Source of the DNA: Nymphaea colorata
Lineage: Eukaryota
Assembly: GCF_008831285.2 (NCBI RefSeq)
Contig: NC_045138.2
Location: 24,056,001 to 24,120,000, forward strand
Length of the DNA stretch: 64,000 bases
Reading direction: 5' to 3'
The position numbers and the translations under genes were made by a program. Shown here in pieces: positions 38,797 through 64,000 of this stretch. Every line of letters starts with the position of its first letter. Within the stretch, counting starts at the first letter, position 1. Below the pieces are notes generated by a model. That model saw only the letters and a program-made list of their open reading frames with translations. It ran no database searches and was not told the origin of the DNA.

Positions 38797-39030
38797 TAAG
38801 CCTGGGCATCAAGCGGGCCCAACATTAAAACTCTGGCTCGGGCCTAGCTTGAATCGAAAAACCCAAGCTCGAGCCCGAGCCCGGTTTGATTACATTTTAA
38901 AAAATATTTTATATATAAAATAATACATAAAAATAATTAATAATATTATATATATATAATAAATTAATTAAAAAATCATTATTGGGTTCGATTTGGCATA
39001 ACAAGTCGGCTTGGGTGTCGTTTTTTCAGG
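38797..39030. mobile_element. Partial hAT-type MITE with GGGCCC/CCCGAG repeats
   Basis: Starts TAAGCCTGGGCATC and has an AT-rich core. Related to 42125-42544 and 44952-45247. Confidence 0.5.
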
Positions 39031-40345
39031 CTCAAGTCGGGCAGGTACTTGTTGGTGTCTTGGCCCTTGGCCCCTCAAGCTTACTTTTTTTTTTTTTGGT
39101 TTTTTCTCTTTCCTTCTCTCCCTTTATATTCATCTCCTTCCTTCCGCTTTCCTCCTTTTCTTGTTCGTCCACCCTCTATTCTTTTTCCTTTTTGCGTCTC
39201 TCATTGTGCCCTTGCTGCCTCCTCCTTTTTCTGCCTTCGTTCTCTGTTTTCTTCTGCCTAGTGGCTGATGATTTCCCATTTGACTTCTTCCCTTTTCTAC
39301 CTTGTTCCCTGTTTTCTTCTTACACAAGTTCCTATTTATCAAATTCTAGACAGGTCAAATTTCTATTTTTATGAATATATGAACCAGATTCTTGCGAGAA
39401 TTAAAGTTGTGACCTTTGAACTTATTTTTGGAGATGTTTTCCAAAATATTGGGAGAATTTCTCTTTTCTGTTTCAACTTTTCTTCTTCTTGGTATTGTTC
39501 AGAGAGTCTCGAGACATGTACCAGTCCTTTACATGCCGTAAAACATACACAATAAAAGCATTATCACGAACTGTGCTAAGATTTCTACTATTTGACTTTG
39601 TGAATGTGGTTTTTACACCCAAAATATAATGATTCTTTAGTAAAGCAATTTGAAAAAAATGTGTAGTTTAGATTTTGAAATCAACATATGATTTTTGGTT
39701 TTGGAAACAGGATGGATCGGTGGCTAGGGTTTTTCCATGAAAAATTTGAAAAAATTAAGAGAGAGAGGATGACAGCAAACCTTGGCCTTGTTGAGTTTTG
39801 TGTCACAATGTTGGATGATTTGGATCTAAGTCAGAGCTAGAAATCTGGAACCAAAACGTAATAGCTTTTTGAATTGGAATTGAGATCCTAGATTTTGGGT
39901 TGGATTTTTATGATCTGATTTTAGCTTTTAATTTTGAGCAGCTTCAACTAGTTTTCTTTATTCAATTTCAGATCCGGAACACTGTAACATTTGAATCTTC
40001 TCTTTTCTTGTATCTCACCCTTAATATTGTATAAAAAAGCCTCCAAATATGCTTGATTTTGTCTTGAAACATGCATGGATGAATTGTGTATAAACGTAAA
40101 GCTTTGTGTATATCTATAGCACAAATGCAGGAATGAAACGGTTTACTATACGCCCAATTCGTGATTATCAAATACCTCCATGTTAATATGTTGTTAGCCT
40201 TTGAGCAAAGTTGAACATAAATCACAATACAGAAGAAAAAACTAGAAATATGAAAAAACAAATTAATTCACTTTCATAGGAATCTTGGCTAATTTAGCAT
40301 ATGCAAGAACCTATTCAAACCTTGGGTTATCCTAGGTATTCCTAA

Positions 40346-40754
40346 GGGCCTGTTTGATGGGCAGAATATTTTCTGTAGCACTGGAAATAAATTTCAATTT
40401 TTTAAAAAAAAAATTTCTTACCCATCAAACTTGGAATGAAAAAAAGTCATCGTTGGGTTGGTTTGCAGATTTTTTTTTTTTGAAATTTCATCCCGTCTCT
40501 TTGGATGGAAAAATTTTTCCAGAACAAAAAATGTAACCGTTGGGTTCTCAAAGCAGTGCTCAATCCAACAATTTTGTTTTTTCACCTTTCATTCTTATCA
40601 AACTGAGAAATTTATCTTTTAAAATATAAACCCAAATACCACAAACACAAAGGGGTTTTGAAAATCTGGATTTTGTTTTCATTTCTTCAATCCCTGAAAT
40701 AAGTTTATGGAAATTTCTTTCCAACTCCATATTTCCAATGCATCAAACGGTTCT
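40346..40754. mobile_element. Tourist-like MITE
   Basis: TAA|GGGCCTGTTTGATG ... CATCAAACGGTTC imperfect TIRs. Confidence 0.55.
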
Positions 40755-40768
40755 TGAAGTTTTGTTAA

Positions 40769-41013
40769 CCATGTCATATAGGTATGGGGTGCAGGTCAGA
40801 AGAAAAGAAGAGAAAGAGAGAGGGAGAAAAGAATGAGTGAAAAATAGGAGGCAAACAAAAAGAGAGGGAGAAAAGAATGAGTGAAAAATAGGAGGCAAAC
40901 AAAAAGAGGAAAAGGAAAAAAGAAAAAAAAAGAAGAAAAAAAAAAGGTGAACTTCACCCCGTGTTGCTTCAATGCGGGTGCTGGGTGCATTTTTTTAAAG
41001 CACCATGTGACTG
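40769..41013. mobile_element. Degenerate MITE of the CTA(T/A)GTCAC hAT family, containing a 44-bp duplication
   Basis: CATGTCATATAGGTATGGGGTGCAGG ... GCGGGTGCTGGGTGC...CACCATGTGACTG; 44-bp repeat at 40817 and 40861. Confidence 0.4.
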
Positions 41014-41223
41014 CTTTGTTGGTTTTTTCAAGAATAGTAGCAACAAATAACTTCTCTCATATGGTTTATTCTGTTTCTAAACAAATAAAAAACACAGGAA
41101 TGAAAAAATTGTTTCTAAGAAAAAATCACAGGAATGAAAAAGTAGGACTCCATGTTGCCATCTGGCTTTATGCATCCATGGGGCATGCTTAGACTCAGTT
41201 GGTAGCCTCCACAACATAAATCT

Positions 41224-41301
41224 TGAAGTTGCTAATGGTCACAATAAAGAAACTGTCATATGAAGTTGCTAATGGTCACAATAAAGAAACTGTCATATGA
41301 A
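41224..41301. repeat. 37-bp perfect tandem duplication
   Basis: TGAAGTTGCTAATGGTCACAATAAAGAAACTGTCATA twice. Confidence 0.9.
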
Positions 41302-42124
41302 AATCTATCACACTGGTACTGTTTAAATAGAGTAGTACTAGTAAAGTACTGTTTAAATGGAGTAGTACTCAGTATGGTATTGGTACGGGTACATGTATGG
41401 CCTTGGCTACCCGTGCAATATGATCAAAAGCGGTACCTACCTGGTATGGTCGACATATTCATGACCGTACTCATCCTTTTTTGGACTCGCTCTTCTTTTC
41501 TAAATTTAGGGCTTTTATTTTTTATTTACCTTTACTACATATGCCTAGCTTGATCAGTAAAGCTAATATATTTTGGATTTTTAATATGTTTGTTATTTTA
41601 ATACTTTGTTGGTTAGTTTATTTATAATCTATGAATTTTAGATCATGAATGTGTTGTTTTGTTTGTTTGAATTCTTATTTTTTGTTTATATATATATATT
41701 GAACAAATTACATCAAATTCTATGCATATGCTCTTTTGATCATTTGTACCTTAAAAAAGTAAATTTCATTCCTTAACATATTTTTTTGGGGAGACCTATT
41801 GGATTCCTTGAGTTGTTTACCTTACCCCGTGCGGTGACATGCCAACCAATCACTCCCAAACCAGGTGTTTCTTTTGGACATGCTTGAATCAGGAAGTCCT
41901 ATAAATTACGAATAGTCTGAGAACTTTTTTTATGCTATGTGGAATGTGAATACTTCTTAAGTTTTGTATTTCTTAAGGTGACTGGTCACTAGGTTGGTAG
42001 ATTATATTTTAGTTAGCCTTAATGCACCAGATTGGTAGCATACTTACTCCAATCAAATAAGCAAGTATTGACTGTGTATGACATATAATATGTTTTAGCT
42101 ACTTAAATGTTCAGTGAATTTTAG

Positions 42125-42544
42125 TAGGCTGGATCTGGGTCGGCCTGATGTCCAAAACTCAAGCTTGGGCCAGGGGCCCATGCCTGACTCAAGCTTGGGC
42201 CAGGGCCCCATGCCCGAAACCCAACAATATTTTTTAAATATAAAATATTTTTTTGAATATAAAATCTATTTTTAATAATATAAAAAATAATATTTAAAAT
42301 CTATTGTGCTAAACCGGGTACCCGTCGGGCTGTTTCGGGACCAATACCTGGTACCTGAGCTTGGGCTTGACCTGATTAAATTAAAAAAAAAAAATTTAAT
42401 ATAAAATAAAAATTTTAGAATATAAAATATATTTTAATAATGAAATATACATTAATATTAAATAAAAATAATAAGAAATTAAAAAAATTAATCGGGCTGG
42501 GTACTGGGTACCCGACGGGTACCCAGGCCCGTTGCCTAGGCTTA
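42125..42544. mobile_element. hAT-type MITE with GGGTACCC/GGGCC repeats
   Basis: Right end GGCCCGTTGCCTAGGCTTA resembles the family TIR; AT-rich cores alternate with GC-rich repeat blocks. Confidence 0.5.
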
Positions 42545-43994
42545 GATTTGATGTGCCCTCGTGTGCATTTCCAGCCTTAAGTCTCTCATTTTGGAGAAAG
42601 GTTATTGGAAGAAAGAAAGGAGAATTGAGGTATGGAGCTATCTTAAGAGGACAAAGCCTCTCCCTCCTTTCTCCAACTTGGGATCAAGAGTCGCTTTGGG
42701 ATATGGGTGGAAAGCAGGAAGACCGTCAACTTGAGTATAGCACATCCACCATTTGCAGTAAAGAAAAATAGCACCCACGGCCAAGCTAGGTGGCATCTTT
42801 TTTTGTTTGGGTAGAGTAGGCCATGAATATGATTCCTTTTATCGTGTTTCGCTTGTATATGTTGTCTATTGCTGTTAGTAATGTAATGATGTTAAGATGA
42901 TTTATTTCAGCATGCAGGGGCTGAAGATAAATGGTGAAAATTAGGACTGATCTAACCTCAATGAAGGAATATTGTGGCCAAGGTTTTATTTTAAAGTTTT
43001 GCATATTGAGATAATAATTTATGAACACATTCACTGATAATTCTTCTGAATTCCTAGAATGTGTGAAGAATATGAGAATTAGCATACAAGATGCGTCCTG
43101 ATAAAGCCTTCAATTGGAAATCGATGTCTGAAGTCAGTTTTAATTCATTTCACTTAGCTTCAAGCTTAGGGATGACACTTACATCACAAGTGCATGTGCT
43201 TTTCATTAAAATTGCGGTTTAATACATGAGTTGTGCTTCTGCCCAATTTTTTTAAAAGAAAAATAGGTATGAAATAGAAGCTGAAAACGTGGGCCATGTA
43301 TGTGCTTATGATTATTATTCTTGATTCATGGAAAAGCTCCATATTGTAATTGGCGTGTAGATGAACTAAGATTTGATGTATGAGATTCTTGCTTTAGCAG
43401 AGAAAATTGATCTTGCGAACCAAAAGGGTCTGGTTTTGATAAGGGCTTTATGAAATTGACTTGGATTAATTGTAAATATTTTGATAAAAATCATAAAACT
43501 ATTTAAGTGCATTGACATGTAAATTAAGGTGTTAAATTCTGATTTTTGGAATGGTTGATTACCCGATTTACTATAAATTGGCATGAACCTAAGTGTATTC
43601 TTGAACGTTTTATGAAGGAGGGGTGATACCTGAGAAGCCGAAGCCTCCCCCTACCCCTTGCTCCCCGGGGCTCAGGGCCAGCTTCAGAACCTGGATGGCA
43701 ACATCACTACAGTTTTTGTTTTAAAGAAATAGCACTCACGGGAATCAAACTGATGACTTGCCATTTACACATTGCCAGCTCGACCAACTATGCTACGTTT
43801 CTTGGGGCAACGCTTGTCAAATGTAAAACAGAAGTGATTAGTTAAAGTGAATTAATTCCATATGGTATATAATTGCTTTTTGGAAGATAATTTCCCTTAT
43901 GTGTCTTCTTTATGCTTACCCAAGAACTTGGGCATCCATAGAAGGAAGAAGTCGAAGTTCTTATAAAGTTGAGAGCAACCAGGATGTTTTTGGT

Positions 43995-44310
43995 GAACAA
44001 AAAATGCTTCCACCTCGAAGGATCATATGATTGATCTCATTCTAGGATCCAAGCTAGCTAGAGTAAGGCCTTATAGGTATGCCTTACACATACTCAAATT
44101 GTGGTATCCATTTGCATTTCATCAAAGTCTATCTCAATTCTATGAGAAAAACAATGGCAGTAGTGGTGGATAGACTTATCAAGTATGTGCCCTTCATATC
44201 ACTGTTCAGGTCAGTTGTTGAAGTCTTCCAAGGTAATGTTAGGAACAATCATGGAACACTTAAAAGCATCATTTATGGTAAAGATGTTATATTCAAAGTA
44301 GATCACTGTT
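43995..44310 (+). mobile_element. Ty3/gypsy pol remnant
   Basis: LPP.R-DHMIDLILGSKLARVRPYRY (pre-RT motif), followed by HFIKVYLNS...VVVDRLIKYVPFISL...HGTLKSIIYGKDVIF (integrase core-like). Confidence 0.6.
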
Positions 44311-44325
44311 TACCTAATTCCTACA

Positions 44326-44702
44326 TAAGGATGTCAACGGATCGGATTTAGATATATATTCTTAATCGTATCTGATTTTTCAGATATTCGCATATTCGGA
44401 TTCAAATTCAAATAAAAAAAAGTCATATCCGAATCTGAATCCAAAATTCAATTTTACATCACTTGATTAAGGCTCGACAAACTCATAAACTCGTTTGAAT
44501 ATATCGACTTGATTAAGGCTCGATAAACTCTATTAAGGCTCGAGCTCGACTCGACAATTACGTGTTAAACTCAAACTCAACTCGATTATTTGAACAAGTT
44601 AACTCATGAACTCGAGCTTGACTGGTTAAGGAAATGAATTTGCTCGAACTCGTTCATGAGCCGAGCTTTAATGAGTCGTAGCTCGACTCGTTGTTCACCC
44701 TA
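44326..44702. mobile_element. Composite of two truncated hAT-type MITEs
   Basis: A TAAGGATGTCAACGGATCGG-family left part switches at about 44460 to CTCGAGCTCG-family repeats ending GTTCACCCTA. Confidence 0.6.
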
Positions 44703-44951
44703 ATCACAAACACATCAAACATAATAGCAAAGAACATCTGTCGAACATCAAGTCGTTCCACTCTAAAGATATGATTTCTTGTTAGCCAAATCACCCTCCA
44801 AGTAATAAATAACCATGTAGCTCTTCAACGATCAACGTCCTTGTTTGTCCCTTATCATGAGTTCTTTGTGGCCAAGAATGACAGCCCTGATAAGCAACTA
44901 TCACCATTCGTAGATGTCACCTGGTGTCAAAAATTCATGACTGGACAGAAG

Positions 44952-45247
44952 TAGACCTGGGCATCAGGCCGGTCCTGATCAGTTTAAAGGAGACTCGATC
45001 CAACTTGATAACTTTTAAATATTATTTATCATTATCAATAATATATATTATTATTAAAAATATATTTTATATTCAAAAAATTATTTTATATTCAAAAAAA
45101 TTATTTTATATTTTAAAAAATATTTTTTTTTGTTGTTACCGAGCTCGAATTTGGTTTCAGGCATCGGGCCCGGGTCTAGGCTCTGGTTTCAAACATCGAG
45201 CCAGTCCAGAGCCAGCTCTTACCAGACCGGCCCGATGCCCAGGTCTA
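44952..45247. mobile_element. hAT-type MITE with 23-bp TIRs
   Basis: TAGACCTGGGCATCAGGCCGGTC / GACCGGCCCGATGCCCAGGTCTA (1 mismatch); 8-bp TSD GACAGAAG / GACACAAG. Confidence 0.88.
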
Positions 45248-45540
45248 GACACAAGAGAGAGAGAGGCTTTGTTTAAATTCAGAGAGCTTTTGTTTGGTAG
45301 CACAAAACCTTGAGGCCAGTAGAGCACACCTCCCACAAGGCCTATGCCTGTTAGACCTATGCAAGAGGTTGATCGTGAACTTCTTTTCCAAATGAAAACT
45401 AAAAAACTATGAAAGCGGCAAAGGAACCCACAAGAATTGAACTAGTGACTAGCCTTATATTAGCTGTTGATGCAACCATTTATCATGGCAAACCCCATGA
45501 GGCCTATGCAAAAAGTTGTTAAGACCCTCGTTTTGTTAAG

Positions 45541-45855
45541 CTAAGTCACACAGGCATATGTAATTTGGCCAAGTACCTTGCCGGCAGAAGGTACAATGGC
45601 ATGGGTATGTAGATACAACTGTATTTTAAAACTTAAAAAATTATATTTTCAAAGTTAATTTTTATTTAATTTTTATTTTTTATTGTTTTGTTTTTATTTC
45701 TCTCCCACCAAGATTTTATATTTTCCTCTCATTTTGTGGATTATATCATGTATATATTTACATATACACTCTACAACACGCTAATATCCAAATTTTTTAA
45801 AATCCCGGTACCCATACTTGTTTCGTACTACCTTATCAGTACCCAAGTGACTTAG
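45541..45855. mobile_element. MITE with CTAAGTCAC termini (hAT family)
   Basis: CTAAGTCAC ... GTGACTTAG; the inversion extends to 14 bp including the flanking TTAAG/CTTAA. GTACC motifs inside. No clear TSD. Confidence 0.55.
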
Positions 45856-46615
45856 CTTAAAAGCCTATTGCTATTTCTAACAAGGCCGATGGTCCCTATG
45901 AAACTACTCATTTGCCTTCTAATATTTTCTCTATTTACTATTAGTCTTGACACGCTATAGCCCATGTGGCCTCTGGGCCTGAAGGGCCAAAGCTAGGACT
46001 CCGATCACTTACCAGAAAACTGAACTTAGGGCTAGTGTACACCAAAAAATAACCGATGCATCCATATTAAAAAGGCATAAGTTAAAAAAATATTATAGAT
46101 ATGATCAAATTTTCATTTCATTTTGTCTTTATCTATGGAAGACTCAATGGCATTTCTTGTTTTCTTGTAGGACTAATCATATCATAATATATAAAACACT
46201 AAAATCTATAAAATTAGAAAAAACTTGCAATTCAAATATAAGAATTAAATTTTATGAACTTTTTAGAAGTAAAGTTTTTAGCAGACACAAAACAAAGGCA
46301 ATATACACCCTCATTTTTAAAAAGGCTAAATGGGAAAACTTTTTCATGTAATATATATATGTATATATATTCACAAGCCCCGGAGATCGATTTTTAGGCT
46401 TTTCCTGTTTGCGCTTCAAAAAACTCTACCGACGCCCTCCCTCCCGTCCCGTACCATCCCCTCTTCTCTCACGCACACACTCTCTCTCCTCTCTCCCTAA
46501 AATTCCTAATTACATTTGAAACCGATTACCAGTAGCGGGGAAGAGAGGGGGGGTGCTGATGCCGCTCGAGCCCACATCAAATTCACCCATTTAAACTCCA
46601 AACGACGCCCCCAGT

Positions 46616-63929
<17,314 letters not shown>

Positions 63930-64000
63930 GTAAAGTCTACAAGCTAATCTTTTGTTTCATTAACATCTGTTATTAATAATGCCTTGCGCTTTCAGTTTTT

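Noticed and set aside
38982..39374. Hydrophobic Phe/Leu/Ser-rich ORFs resembling membrane proteins
   Set aside because: Low-complexity CT-rich sequence that is open in several frames, with no family motif.

Overview
Eukaryotic nuclear DNA from a flowering plant: AT-rich, with GT-AG spliced genes and long transposon-laden introns. No prokaryotic operons, CRISPR arrays, rRNA or tRNA genes were seen. Five protein-coding genes could be assembled by hand: (1) an intronless PsbP-family thylakoid lumenal 19 kDa protein (5088-5843 +); (2) a 10-exon augmin subunit 5 gene (23302-6450 -, 782 aa); (3) 60S ribosomal protein L31 (29360-31428 +); (4) an A20/AN1 zinc-finger stress-associated protein (34837-35358 +); (5) a multi-PHD-finger chromatin protein that starts at 46616 (+) and runs off the window. 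The rest is decayed transposon material: a 2.4-kb hAT deletion derivative with 19-bp TIRs and an 8-bp TSD, related MITEs carrying a (TA)n, other hAT- and Tourist-type MITEs, a FAR1/MULE transposase relic, and LINE and Ty3/gypsy relics. There is also a frameshifted plastid ndhF insertion (NUPT) and many local duplications. I found no convincing new biological system. The best leads are a candidate 14-nt 5'UTR micro-exon with a duplicated donor 12-mer in the SAP gene, a candidate in-frame 9-nt micro-exon in the PHD gene, a fold-back repeat upstream of the lumenal-protein gene, and the hAT-MITE-microsatellite relationship. All identifications come from remembered family motifs, not from searches.
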